In this document: in pieces, positions 16,377 through 26,723 of the stretch
Numbering within the stretch: the stretch's first letter is position 1
Layout: each line of letters begins with the position of its first letter
From: a virus
Taxonomy: Duplodnaviria > Caudoviricetes
Virus record (IMG/VR): IMGVR_UViG_3300042523_000723
Coordinates: 21,811 to 85,810 of that record
Strand: one strand, 5' to 3'
DNA: 64,000 nucleotides
Program-made: the position numbers and the translations under genes
The notes under the pieces: generated by a model
What the model was told of the DNA's origin: nothing
Databases searched by the model: none
The model's input: only the letters and a program-made list of their open reading frames with translations

Positions 16377-18416
16377 ATGAGAAAAAACGTAAATCCAAAA
16401 ACATTAAAAGGTCAAGACAAACTTAATAGGATGTTAGATCTTATGGGGAAAATGAATACTTTAAATGAAAGTAAATCATATTCTGAATTAGAATTAATCA
16501 AAAAAGGACCTAATGACGTTGTTTATGGTATCATTAGAGAAAATCACGATTACTTTATTAAAACTTCAAATAAAACTTCAGGACGATTCTTATCAGAAGA
16601 CTTTAGTTATGTCGGAGGACTACAAAACAAATATGATGAAAGATATAAGTCATATGCGGAAGCAATCAAACACTTAAATATGAAGTTTGATATGTTGAAT
16701 GAGTCTTATGGTATCGAAAACAATACTAATATTTTTGAGTCTGACGGTGTTGCCTTTGGTGGTGGGGTAGGTTTTGGATTTGTTATGGAAGAAGATGAAG
16801 AAGATCAAACTGAAGGAGAAAAAGAAATTATATCTGACGCAGATTTAGAAGAACAAAAGAAAGTTCTTAAGGTTAATACCCCTAAAGTAGAAGCACCTGT
16901 GGAAGATGAGGTAGAAGATGAGACTGAAGTTAATGTTGATATGGGAGGAGACATCGCAGATGTTGATTTCGGTGAAGAAGAAACTGAAGAGGATATGGGT
17001 GATGAAGAAGGTGATGATAACACTAAAAAGATACAAAAATATACCGGTAAAATCGGACAGTTGTTAAGAGATATGGATGTAGCGGATTCTGACTTAGAAA
17101 AATATGTAATTAATTCAATTATCTCAGCGATGCATTTAGATGAAATGGATGAAGGAGATAAAGAAGATATTATTGCAAAATTAGAAGGTGGAGAAGACGA
17201 AGAAGTTTCAGACGAGTTCGATAAGGGAGGTGATGAAGAAGTAGATGAGTTCGATATGGGTTCCACTGAAAAAACACCGGAAGAAAGTGGTGATGAACTA
17301 TCTGAAGGTGAGGACAAAGAAGATGGTGATGATAAAAAAGAAGTTCTTAACATCACAGAAAAACAAATGGATATGTTACACAAAAAAGGTATCTGTGAAT
17401 GTGATGATAAGTGTTTAGTATATAGAGAATCAGGTGTTGAAGATTCAATATTGTTAGATAAAATTGCCGAAACTGATAAAGAATGTATATTCATTTCTAA
17501 AAAACAAATGGATATGTTACACGAAAAAGGTATCTGCAAATGTGGTGATGTTACACTAAAATATAAAGAAGGTAAAAAAGAAAAAAACGAAGGTAGAGTT
17601 TTTTCTAAAAAACAATTAATGGAATCTTTCTTAAGAAGAGAAACTAAAAAAACACTTAGAAACGTTATTAAAGAAAGAAGAGAACTTTGTGAACAATGTG
17701 GTAGTAGAATGAACGAAGGTATGTGTATGAAATGTGAACTTAGCGAAAGTGAAATGGTATACGAAAAACTTGCCGGTAAACAAAGAAATTTAGATAAAAA
17801 CAATAATGGTAGAATCGATGCGGAAGACTTCAAAATGTTACGTAAAGGAAGAAAAGATAGTAGACGTAATATAGATGAAGAAGATATGTCTGTAATGGAC
17901 GCAATTGCAACTGGTCAAGGTTACTTATCCACCACAGGTGATTTAGACAGAGACTTCGATGGTATCCCTAATCGTTTAGATATGGATAACAACGATGATG
18001 GTAAATTAGATTTTGAGATGGGTAAAGGTGATGACTTCATTGACTTAGATATCAATTTCTTAAGAAATAATAATCCAGGAACTAAAGAAAGGGAAAGAAC
18101 TATAACTAGACCAACAACTACCCCAGGAAAAGGTGATAAGTGGAGAACTACTAAGCGACCTAAAGTTGATCCTAGACCTAAAGCACAAATGGATAACGAT
18201 GAAGACTTCATTGACTTAGATATCGATTTCTTAAGAAATGATAGTCCGGGAACTAAAGAAAAGGAAAGAACTATAACTACACCAACAACTAGACCAGGAA
18301 AAGGTGATAAGTGGAGAACTATTAAACGTCCTAAAGTTGATCCTAGACCTAAGGCAGAAAACCCAAATATGGATAAACCAAAACCTTCTTACAGAAGAAG
18401 AGGTATGTTTAGATAA
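16377..18416 (+). CDS. acidic multi-repeat head-core-like protein
   Basis: Many LNE/LSE/LME sites, Cys-pair repeats, CxxC...CxxC, EF-hand-like DKNNNGRIDAEDF, 57-aa C-terminal duplication. Confidence 0.7.
   Translation: MRKNVNPKTLKGQDKLNRMLDLMGKMNTLNESKSYSELELIKKGPNDVVYGIIRENHDYFIKTSNKTSGRFLSEDFSYVGGLQNKYDERYKSYAEAIKHLNMKFDMLNESYGIENNTNIFESDGVAFGGGVGFGFVMEEDEEDQTEGEKEIISDADLEEQKKVLKVNTPKVEAPVEDEVEDETEVNVDMGGDIADVDFGEEETEEDMGDEEGDDNTKKIQKYTGKIGQLLRDMDVADSDLEKYVINSIISAMHLDEMDEGDKEDIIAKLEGGEDEEVSDEFDKGGDEEVDEFDMGSTEKTPEESGDELSEGEDKEDGDDKKEVLNITEKQMDMLHKKGICECDDKCLVYRESGVEDSILLDKIAETDKECIFISKKQMDMLHEKGICKCGDVTLKYKEGKKEKNEGRVFSKKQLMESFLRRETKKTLRNVIKERRELCEQCGSRMNEGMCMKCELSESEMVYEKLAGKQRNLDKNNNGRIDAEDFKMLRKGRKDSRRNIDEEDMSVMDAIATGQGYLSTTGDLDRDFDGIPNRLDMDNNDDGKLDFEMGKGDDFIDLDINFLRNNNPGTKERERTITRPTTTPGKGDKWRTTKRPKVDPRPKAQMDNDEDFIDLDIDFLRNDSPGTKEKERTITTPTTRPGKGDKWRTIKRPKVDPRPKAENPNMDKPKPSYRRRGMFR
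18033..18357 (+). repeat. 171-nt tandem duplication (57 aa) within ORF 16377
   Basis: 18033-18186 vs 18204-18357: DFIDLDI(N/D)FLRN..PGTKE(R/K)ERTIT.PTT.PGKGDKWRT.KRPKVDPRPKA. Confidence 0.9.
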
Positions 18417-18814
18417 TGAAACTAGTATATATAAATAAAATAGGTCAAAACTGGAAGGGGAATTACATTTATGAATTCCTCTTTTCAGATATTTTAGATG
18501 ATATAGATGGTGAAGGATGGGACTCGTACCCATCATCTGGTAATCCAGAACCACCAGAAGGGAAATTAATAAAAAAGTCAGGTGTATTAAATACTGATTT
18601 AAAATTAGATTTAGTACAAGAGTCTGACTCATTTGCAATGTGGGACGCAGTTGATGGAATTGTTGCAATGGCTTGGGAAAATATGGAAGGATATGATGAT
18701 TATCCCGAAAAAAGACTATATTTCTCTTTTGGTGAAGAAATTTCTTCGGTAGAAGATAAACTATATGAAAAAGATATGGTAATAATATATGAAAAGGAAA
18801 CTATAAATACGTAA
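18416..18814 (+). CDS. hypothetical protein
   Basis: 132-aa ORF with TAATG coupling. Confidence 0.7.
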   Translation: MKLVYINKIGQNWKGNYIYEFLFSDILDDIDGEGWDSYPSSGNPEPPEGKLIKKSGVLNTDLKLDLVQESDSFAMWDAVDGIVAMAWENMEGYDDYPEKRLYFSFGEEISSVEDKLYEKDMVIIYEKETINT

Positions 18815-18817
18815 GTT

Positions 18818-19315
18818 ATGGGAAAAAAAATTAGAATATATGAATCAGAGATTAGGAGAGCAACTAGACGTAAATTAATGGAACGTTATGTTGACGAGGA
18901 CTATGAGATGAGAGATACTTATAGTAAAAAAGATTTTAAGCCAACACCAAAAGAAAGAGGTGTTGAGGATGTGTTTGGTAAGTATGGTGACGATATGGAT
19001 CCTGCGGTTGTTAGATATATGAGAAAAAATCCCGATCACATTCTAAGAAGAATGGCGAAATTATACCCAGACATCTATATGAGACACATTCCATTACAAT
19101 CTAACACAGAACTAGAAATGGGGGATGAAATGATAGGTGAGGAAACTCAAATGACTGTCTATGATGACCCAACAAAATTGGCATCTGATTTATCAAATGA
19201 TAAAATTAAAAGGGATGATACTGTAGGTCTAAAAGACGCACAAGGTAACATAAGAACCGCAACATTTGGTGAATCAAAAAAAGACTTAATTAAAAAATTC
19301 ATAAAAAGAAAGTAA
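18818..19315 (+). CDS. leader-bearing late protein
   Basis: MGKKIRIYESEIRRATRRKLME leader. Confidence 0.7.
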   Translation: MGKKIRIYESEIRRATRRKLMERYVDEDYEMRDTYSKKDFKPTPKERGVEDVFGKYGDDMDPAVVRYMRKNPDHILRRMAKLYPDIYMRHIPLQSNTELEMGDEMIGEETQMTVYDDPTKLASDLSNDKIKRDDTVGLKDAQGNIRTATFGESKKDLIKKFIKRK

Positions 19316-19318
19316 GTT

Positions 19319-20050
19319 ATGACAAAAGGGGAAATCATAAAAAAACTAATTTCAGAAAAATTTGCGTCAAAAGCACAACAAAGGTTCTTTTATGCTATGG
19401 CGGACAAAGATACTAAAAAAGGTAGAAAGTTTAAGAAGTGGGCAAAAGAATTTTCTGATGATACTGATTTTGAGGATATACCTGAAAAAGTTTCTGAGGA
19501 TAAAAAAGAAACTAAAAACCCAAAAATGAAAAAAAGGGATTTAGTAGAATACATTAATTCTAAAGTTAAGATTAATGAATCTCCATATAATGAAAGTGGT
19601 GATCGTTTTTTCGTAATTAGGGAAATACCTTCATCTGATAGAACTAAAGTATTTAAATTTTTAGAGCACCTTAGAGAAAGTGGACTTATTAATATGTATG
19701 GTGCATCCCCATTATTAAATTGGGATAAAGATGATTTACATAGATGGTTATATGGAATGGGTAAGGATCCTGAAAGTTTAGAAGAAGAGATAGAAAATTT
19801 AGATTATTATGATGAAGATGAAGATGAGTATGATTCTACTGGTGATAAAAACATGTTAGAAAAACAATTAACACACATAAATTATCTTTTAGATAATAAA
19901 CAAGAAATAAGAGATATTTTAATTAGGGCAGCTTTGGCTAGAATAGAAAATAGTGGAGGTAGTACCGACTTAATAAATGTACAGAGAGTATTTGGGAGAA
20001 TGGCATCAGATTCTTTTAAAATGTGGACTAGTATTATGTATCCGATTTAA
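19319..20050 (+). CDS. leader-bearing modular late protein
   Basis: IIKKLISE|KFASKAQQRFFYA; internal INE|S; FLEHLRESGLINMYGA segment. Confidence 0.7.
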   Translation: MTKGEIIKKLISEKFASKAQQRFFYAMADKDTKKGRKFKKWAKEFSDDTDFEDIPEKVSEDKKETKNPKMKKRDLVEYINSKVKINESPYNESGDRFFVIREIPSSDRTKVFKFLEHLRESGLINMYGASPLLNWDKDDLHRWLYGMGKDPESLEEEIENLDYYDEDEDEYDSTGDKNMLEKQLTHINYLLDNKQEIRDILIRAALARIENSGGSTDLINVQRVFGRMASDSFKMWTSIMYPI

Positions 20051-20062
20051 AAATAAAAAAAT

Positions 20063-21496
20063 ATGAAAAGAAAAAATATCATTAACGAAGTAACTAATAG
20101 AGTTATAAAAGAAAAATATAGACTTAACAAAATCGTTGAGGCAATTGAATATGATCCAGAACAACCAGAAAGGATGAATCCCGGATTAGAAAAAAGACTT
20201 AGAAGTGGTGAACATATCTTTGGTAAGAGTAAATCAATACCTGTTGGTTCGGAAGCACAAAATTATTCTGAAAAACTGGCAAGTAAAAGATTTAAAGAAA
20301 TTATTAATAAAGTAAAGAGATATCATGGAGTCCAAAACATCAACCCTATGATGATGCAACAGATGTTTCAGATTATGGGCGAAGTTAGTCAAATTGAGTC
20401 CAGACATAAAGAAGCTTTAGAACAATTGGCGATTGATATAGTTTCCGAAGAATTTGACATTCCGGATCAAATGTTAGAGGCAACATTATCACCTCCCGGT
20501 ACTGATTTAGGGTTTAATGATCAAGATGAAGAGGAAGAAGATGAACAAGACTATGGTTCAGAGTTTGAGACACCAAAAGCCCCAAAAAGTGCGGAGAGAA
20601 TGGAAGAGTTAGAAATGGAGGTAGATAAAAGAAGAGTCATAAACGCTTTGATGCAAGGGGCATCTAAAAAAGGACACTATATTTTCCATATGGTTGCTGA
20701 CGAATTAGATACTATTGACCCTAGACTTATGGGGTTATATGGTAAGCTAATGTCTTTAGCAGATTTCCAATATTGGGTGATTCCCGATACTACTATGACA
20801 GGACAAGCTGGAGGTGTAGAGAAGATTGAATGGAGAAAGGCTAAATCGCCTGAAGATTCTGACGAGGAAGAAGAAATGGATAAAGTTAATGTTGAGGAAG
20901 GAGACGAGATACCTGTAGTAGTAGCAAAGGCTTGGATATTCCCGCTTTTAGTACATGAACTTATTAAAGGTACATTAGAATTATCCGCAATCAATTGGGC
21001 GGACGGTCACTTAGATTTTGAAGAACAATCAGAAGTAATTAAAAAGGCAGATACACCAGAAGGTGAAATATGGGGGATGAGATTAGGTCCTGGTATGTGG
21101 GAGAAGTTCTTAGATTGTGTAGGATCTGAAAATTACGATATGAAACAATGGTTATTTCAAGAATTAACTAAATTGCCGGCAAAACAATTTCATGAATTTA
21201 TGAAAGAAATTTTAAGTGGTAGCCAAAAGTGTAAAGAAGTAATCCAAACATTAAAAGACTTACACGCAGAAGATCCTTCAGATAGTTTAGAAGACATATT
21301 CGATGAAACAGGTTATGATGATATGGACGATATTATAGATAACTTAGATAATGAAACCGAAGAAGAACCAACTACTGATGAACCAAAAGAATTAGATTAT
21401 TCCGAAATGTCACCTAATGAAATACAAGGGTTGATAGATGATGCATTAGATAACGGTGACTTCGATACGGTTGCGAAACTACATAAATATTTATAA
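20063..21496 (+). CDS. conserved-looking late/virion protein
   Basis: 477 aa; IINE/VIKE/IVE N-terminal sites; FPLLVHELIKG motif. Confidence 0.7.
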   Translation: MKRKNIINEVTNRVIKEKYRLNKIVEAIEYDPEQPERMNPGLEKRLRSGEHIFGKSKSIPVGSEAQNYSEKLASKRFKEIINKVKRYHGVQNINPMMMQQMFQIMGEVSQIESRHKEALEQLAIDIVSEEFDIPDQMLEATLSPPGTDLGFNDQDEEEEDEQDYGSEFETPKAPKSAERMEELEMEVDKRRVINALMQGASKKGHYIFHMVADELDTIDPRLMGLYGKLMSLADFQYWVIPDTTMTGQAGGVEKIEWRKAKSPEDSDEEEEMDKVNVEEGDEIPVVVAKAWIFPLLVHELIKGTLELSAINWADGHLDFEEQSEVIKKADTPEGEIWGMRLGPGMWEKFLDCVGSENYDMKQWLFQELTKLPAKQFHEFMKEILSGSQKCKEVIQTLKDLHAEDPSDSLEDIFDETGYDDMDDIIDNLDNETEEEPTTDEPKELDYSEMSPNEIQGLIDDALDNGDFDTVAKLHKYL

Positions 21497-21533
21497 TAAT
21501 TATTAAAACATTATATTTATTAATAAAAAGACA

Positions 21534-22604
21534 ATGGTAGGTACTTTAAACCCCAATTTTAAAAAATTAATACTAAAATATATTAGTTACCAGAAGCATA
21601 ACTATGGTGACGATTACACGTTGTATATTGACGATATGATAAAATACTTTGACGATATAGATAAAGTAGATATATTTTCAGGTGTTTTTAATTATATTAT
21701 TGAGGAAGAAGATGAGGACCCATTAGACTATATAGACTTAAATGAATTAAATGATCGGTTTTATTCTGATACTATAATAAAAATATTGAGGGATTCAGGT
21801 TGGTTTGAAAAATATTTTAATTTAGATAGGTACAAAGATTACGTAACTAAAGAAGGTAGAGCAATACCAATATTCAATGATATTAAATGGGGTGGAGATA
21901 CCCCCTATTTAATTATCGATGGGTGGCATGAATTATCAACATTATACCACTCTAATGATAGAAGTGTTGCCGAACTTGTATTAGGTGAAGATTCGTCAGA
22001 ACTTTTTAGTGTTGATAGTGTTGACTTTATGGGTGAAGTGTGGAATGAATTAAATGAAAAATCATTAAAACACATAATAGATTATATTAAGGATAATGGT
22101 TTTATTGGCGGAGAATTAGAGTATGATGAAGATCCAGATGGTGGCGGATTGAGTGAGGATATGTTGGCCGACAGTGATTTATTAGGTGAATTAATAAATG
22201 ATGAAGATATGTTTGATGACTTAAAGAGGGAATTGGAAAATTTTTATAGGTGGTCATACAACTCCGCAGCGGAATCCGAAGTGTTTAAGTCTATAAGTAG
22301 TGATATAGTAGATCTTTTGGGTTCTGAAGGTGAGTGGGATGTAATCAAATCAAAAAAAGAAGGTGGTTCAAATAAACATATTTTAAAGTTCGACATTAGT
22401 AAAATATTTATGGATATATTAGAAAGATTCGTGGAGTGTGAAGGTAAATTACCTGAAGATGAATATTCGGATTTTTTACAGGTCTTAAGTGCAACATTAG
22501 AATGTGAAGGAGAAATGTTAGAAACACCCGATATGGGATATTTTTATCCTGATAGTAGTACGATATCTGAACATTTAAATGAAAATTTATTAGGAAACTT
22601 ATAA
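21534..22604 (+). CDS. acidic hypothetical protein
   Basis: 356 aa; ATATTTAT at 21513-21520. Confidence 0.7.
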   Translation: MVGTLNPNFKKLILKYISYQKHNYGDDYTLYIDDMIKYFDDIDKVDIFSGVFNYIIEEEDEDPLDYIDLNELNDRFYSDTIIKILRDSGWFEKYFNLDRYKDYVTKEGRAIPIFNDIKWGGDTPYLIIDGWHELSTLYHSNDRSVAELVLGEDSSELFSVDSVDFMGEVWNELNEKSLKHIIDYIKDNGFIGGELEYDEDPDGGGLSEDMLADSDLLGELINDEDMFDDLKRELENFYRWSYNSAAESEVFKSISSDIVDLLGSEGEWDVIKSKKEGGSNKHILKFDISKIFMDILERFVECEGKLPEDEYSDFLQVLSATLECEGEMLETPDMGYFYPDSSTISEHLNENLLGNL

Positions 22605-23458
22605 TGAAGATTAAACTAACGGAAAGACAATATTTAAAAGTTATTACTGAAAATCAAAACCCTAACATTGATAGGTTATTACAAAAGTTTTTTGACGATA
22701 CTAGATCCTTAGATGAAGACGAAAAACTATATTATTTTTTCGATATATATGAATTTAATGAAAAAATGATGGGAGTTAGTGATAGATTGTATGATTGGTT
22801 TAAATATAGTCTTTTAAGTGACATTAAAATGATTAATCGTAGAACTCTTAGTAAATACCAAAATAAAATTAATAATCTTTTAGAATTGTTAACTACAAAA
22901 GAAACTAAAAAAATAATAGATTCTAATAAAAACGTTTTAGAAAAAATTAAAGAATTAATTAAATTAGAAAGTGTTATACCAAAATATTTTAAAAGTGAAA
23001 TCTTAAAAGAGTTAATTGATGGATTATTGTTTGATTCCATACAATATCTGTTTAACAATTATGAACCTAAAGAAGCGATTAGACAATCATCCATTCTATC
23101 TGATCATTTAGGTATAAATAGAATGGAAAATATAGAACCATTAGTTAAAGATTTCGCAGAAAAAAATGGGTTAACTATCATACCTAAACATAAAGGGTTC
23201 ACTCTCCAAAAAGATGAAGGTAGTATGGTTAGGGATTTAATTAATTATATGAAAGATATACCAGAAATACCTAAGAAAACAAAAAGAGGGTTTTTAGACT
23301 TTATTGGTAGTCATTATACGGGTGGGCAATATTCTACCTTTTGGAGTGCGGTTAATAAGGCGGGTATTATACAAAAAGTAGGTGGTGGTAATAACGTCAC
23401 ATACGAATTAGGTCCTAACTACAAAGCGTATGAAGAAGGTAATGTAGTTGCATTTTAA
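22604..23458 (+). CDS. leader-bearing late protein, possible C-terminal winged helix
   Basis: MKIKLTERQYLKVITE leader; STFWSAVNKAGIIQKVG...YELGPNY. Confidence 0.65.
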   Translation: MKIKLTERQYLKVITENQNPNIDRLLQKFFDDTRSLDEDEKLYYFFDIYEFNEKMMGVSDRLYDWFKYSLLSDIKMINRRTLSKYQNKINNLLELLTTKETKKIIDSNKNVLEKIKELIKLESVIPKYFKSEILKELIDGLLFDSIQYLFNNYEPKEAIRQSSILSDHLGINRMENIEPLVKDFAEKNGLTIIPKHKGFTLQKDEGSMVRDLINYMKDIPEIPKKTKRGFLDFIGSHYTGGQYSTFWSAVNKAGIIQKVGGGNNVTYELGPNYKAYEEGNVVAF

Positions 23459-23489
23459 TCATTTATAGATATTTATATAGAAAAAAATA

Positions 23490-26400
23490 ATGGATAGAGC
23501 AGAACAACTTAAAATATTTGCTCGATGTTTAGGTGATCCAACATACGCAATAGAAACGTTTTTAAAGACATTTGATTTAACTCAGAAAGGTATGGTACCT
23601 TTTAAGTTGTATTACAAACAAAAAGAAATCATTAAGTCATACGAAAAAAACAATCGTAATCTGGTAACTAAACCTCGGCAGGCAGGTGTGTCTACAACTA
23701 CTGCCGCATATATTGCAGTTAAAACTGCCTTTGGTGATCCAGATAACCCACATAAAGTACTTATACTCGCCAATAAACAAACATTGGCGCAAGAATTTTT
23801 AAAAAAAGTAAAAGACTTTTTAGAACAAATACCTTATTGGGTTTGGGGGTTAGATGAGTCAACAGATTATTTAGAGATAAATTCAAAAGGACATCTTAAA
23901 TTAAAATCAAACGGTTGTGAAATTAGAGCCCTCGCAACGTCTAAAGATGCATTAAGGGGTTTTACTCCAACATTCTTAGTAATGGACGAGGCGGCATTCA
24001 TCGACAATGGGGCAGATGTATTTGGTGCCGCATTGGCGTCATTAGGTACTGGTGGTAAAATCGCACTTATATCTTGTGTAACGGATGATACATTTATTTT
24101 CACTGATAAAGGATTAAGACAAGTTTCTGATTTTATAGATTATGGACAACCTGATAACCCTAATGAGGGTTATTATGTGGATGAATACTCAATTTTAGGG
24201 AAAGATAAAACTAGGCAATCGAATATTTTAGTAAATAATGGTTTACAAGATACTATTAAAATTACCACAACAAATAGTTTTTTAGAAGGTACATTAACAC
24301 ATAAACTTTGGGTTTATCAGAGTGAAACTAAAATTTATAGTTGGTTACCTATGGGTGAAATAAAAGAAGGTGATTATGTTAATATTCAGTATGGTTATAA
24401 TTTATTTGGGGATGATGATAAAATAGAACATAATTACATCTTTAATAATAAAGAAAAAAAACCAAAAAAGATTTATAAAGAGATTGATAATGATTTAAGT
24501 TATTTAATAGGGTTATACCTTTCAGAAGGTTCTAGTTATAAAAAATATAATAAAAAAGGTGAATTAGTTGGTGTAAGTATAACATTAACTTGTGGTGATT
24601 TTATTGGGGACTCCATTAATAACGCAGGTTTTAATTATAGTTGTCATGATGGATTACACTATACAATTTCATCTAAATATTTAGGTTCTTTACTGGAAAA
24701 TTTAGGCATCGATTTAAGTCTTACCGCAACTAAAAAATTTATACCTAAAAAATTATTATCATTGTCTAAAGAAAAGACTATTCATCTTTTAAAAGGTTTT
24801 ATGGATGGAGATGGTTATTCAGATAGTGTTAGGGGTAGAATAGGTATTAATATTTCTTCTAAGAAGATGTGTTTACAAATAAGATATATGTTATCTAATT
24901 TAGGTATTTTAACAGATTATCAAGAAGGTATTAATAAAGGTTCTAAATTGATACCTACAAAAAGTAACTATTATAGATTATCTGCAACATCTATTGACGC
25001 CTTAAAATACTTTGAACTAATAGGGTTTAATTTTGAAAGAAAAGAAAAGAAAAAAGATTCGATTAAAAAAGTTAATTTAAATAATAGATATAGAATCATA
25101 CCAAACGGTAAAATCATATTGAGACGAATTATTGACGATAATAATTTAGTAAGACGTTTTAGGGGTAGTAATTTAAAATTAACTAGTATTAGATTAAGTG
25201 ATAAAAATAAAACCTCAAATCTATCAGTTAACATTTTTAAAAGTTTTATAGATTATATTGAAAACAATTTAGGTATTGATATCACAAAATATAATATTGA
25301 TAAAATCTTAATGGAAAAAAGTAAATGGGTTAGAGTAAGTAAAATAGAAAAAAGTAAAAATAAAACTTATGATTTTTCATTACCTGAAACAGATGATTTT
25401 TGGTGTCATTCAGTTTTATATAACAATATATTAGGACACCAAACCCCTAATGGGATGGACGAATTATATTATAAAACATATGATAAATCCAAAACAGGCG
25501 ATAATAACTTCAATATTGTGGAAATGAAATGGTATCAGGACATTAGATATAATAGAGGGTTGTATTGGGTTAGAGGTGATGAAAAAGAAGAAGAGATTAA
25601 ATGTGAATCATTAGGTAGAACCAAACTTAGGTGGGAATATAAGGGTGTTATATATGAGACAGATGAATCTACAATAGACTATTATGAAGTAATGGTTAAA
25701 GACGGGTGGAAACCATTGTCGCCATGGTATGATGAAATGTCGGCAGATATGGGTGACCCTAAGAAAATCGCACAGGAACTTGACGTTTCATTTATTGGGT
25801 CAGGTGGTAATGTTATTGAAGATGAATATATAGTCTACCACGAAGAGAATTTCGTCTTCGATCCAAATTTTTCTGCGGAGGCAGAAAAGAGTATGTGGAT
25901 ATGGAAAAAACCTGAAGTCGGGCACAAATACATAATGGGTGTGGACGTTAGTAGAGGGGACGGTAAAGATAGTTCTACTATTGTTATATTAGACTTCGAA
26001 AACTTAGAACAAGTTGCAGAATTTAAACATAAGTTACCACCCGATATGTTGGCGGAAATTGTTTATAAGTATGGTAATATGTATAACGCGTATACTATTG
26101 TGGATATTACTGGAGGTATGGGTGTGGCAACAGTATTAAAACTTCTGGAGATGGAATATGAATATCTACATTATGATGACCCTAAAAGTAGAAAATTATC
26201 TGAAAAGTATTCGAAGACTGTATACAAACAAGGTGATAAAGTACCGGGATTTAATGTTGGTAATACTCGTCTACAAATGGTTTCTGAATTAGAAGAACAT
26301 ATTAGAGAAAATAAAACTATAATACGTTCACGGAGATTAATATCAGAACTTAGAACATTTGTTTATAAAAATGGTAGACCGGATCATATGGAAGGTTTTA

Positions 26401-26660
26401 ATGATGATATTATTATGGCATATGCAATGGCAATATTCATTGTACAAACATCTTTTAAAAAATTAGAACAAGTGGAAAAACAAACTAAGGCAATGTTAGA
26501 GAGTTGGGTAAATGTGTCAAACATCCAAAGTAAACCAATGATTAATGGACAACAACACATTAATCCCTTCTATACTAACACACCAACGTATAATCCAGTC
26601 CACCCCAATAATGGTAATAATGATAATGGTGAATACAACTGGTTATTCGGAATTAAATAG
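23490..26660 (+). CDS. terL: terminase large subunit (T4 gp17-like) containing an intein
   Basis: KPRQAGVST, LVMDEAAF Walker B, IS|TPNG motif III, GVDVSRG and DDIIMA RNase H-like nuclease. Confidence 0.93.
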   Translation: MDRAEQLKIFARCLGDPTYAIETFLKTFDLTQKGMVPFKLYYKQKEIIKSYEKNNRNLVTKPRQAGVSTTTAAYIAVKTAFGDPDNPHKVLILANKQTLAQEFLKKVKDFLEQIPYWVWGLDESTDYLEINSKGHLKLKSNGCEIRALATSKDALRGFTPTFLVMDEAAFIDNGADVFGAALASLGTGGKIALISCVTDDTFIFTDKGLRQVSDFIDYGQPDNPNEGYYVDEYSILGKDKTRQSNILVNNGLQDTIKITTTNSFLEGTLTHKLWVYQSETKIYSWLPMGEIKEGDYVNIQYGYNLFGDDDKIEHNYIFNNKEKKPKKIYKEIDNDLSYLIGLYLSEGSSYKKYNKKGELVGVSITLTCGDFIGDSINNAGFNYSCHDGLHYTISSKYLGSLLENLGIDLSLTATKKFIPKKLLSLSKEKTIHLLKGFMDGDGYSDSVRGRIGINISSKKMCLQIRYMLSNLGILTDYQEGINKGSKLIPTKSNYYRLSATSIDALKYFELIGFNFERKEKKKDSIKKVNLNNRYRIIPNGKIILRRIIDDNNLVRRFRGSNLKLTSIRLSDKNKTSNLSVNIFKSFIDYIENNLGIDITKYNIDKILMEKSKWVRVSKIEKSKNKTYDFSLPETDDFWCHSVLYNNILGHQTPNGMDELYYKTYDKSKTGDNNFNIVEMKWYQDIRYNRGLYWVRGDEKEEEIKCESLGRTKLRWEYKGVIYETDESTIDYYEVMVKDGWKPLSPWYDEMSADMGDPKKIAQELDVSFIGSGGNVIEDEYIVYHEENFVFDPNFSAEAEKSMWIWKKPEVGHKYIMGVDVSRGDGKDSSTIVILDFENLEQVAEFKHKLPPDMLAEIVYKYGNMYNAYTIVDITGGMGVATVLKLLEMEYEYLHYDDPKSRKLSEKYSKTVYKQGDKVPGFNVGNTRLQMVSELEEHIRENKTIIRSRRLISELRTFVYKNGRPDHMEGFNDDIIMAYAMAIFIVQTSFKKLEQVEKQTKAMLESWVNVSNIQSKPMINGQQHINPFYTNTPTYNPVHPNNGNNDNGEYNWLFGIK
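24075..25442 (+). mobile_element. 456-aa intein with LAGLIDADG homing endonuclease; Gln C-terminus
   Basis: CVTDDT...GTLTHK...YLIGLYLSEG...LLKGFMDGDG...TYDFSL...NNILGHQ|T. Confidence 0.9.
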
Positions 26661-26723
26661 AATGTAAACATTTAGAATTTTGATATATTTATTATAATAG
26701 TAATAAAGTATATTTAAGTAAAA

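Noticed and set aside
16805-17833. 342-aa Ser-rich minus-strand ORF (and similar ones at 32302, 33160, 8011, 39320)
   Set aside because: Antisense shadows of real genes, mostly of Glu/Asp-rich coding sequence.
18033-18357. CRISPR array or DGR template/variable repeat
   Set aside because: Only two in-frame copies within one ORF, no spacers, differences not restricted to adenines, and no RT or cas gene in the window.
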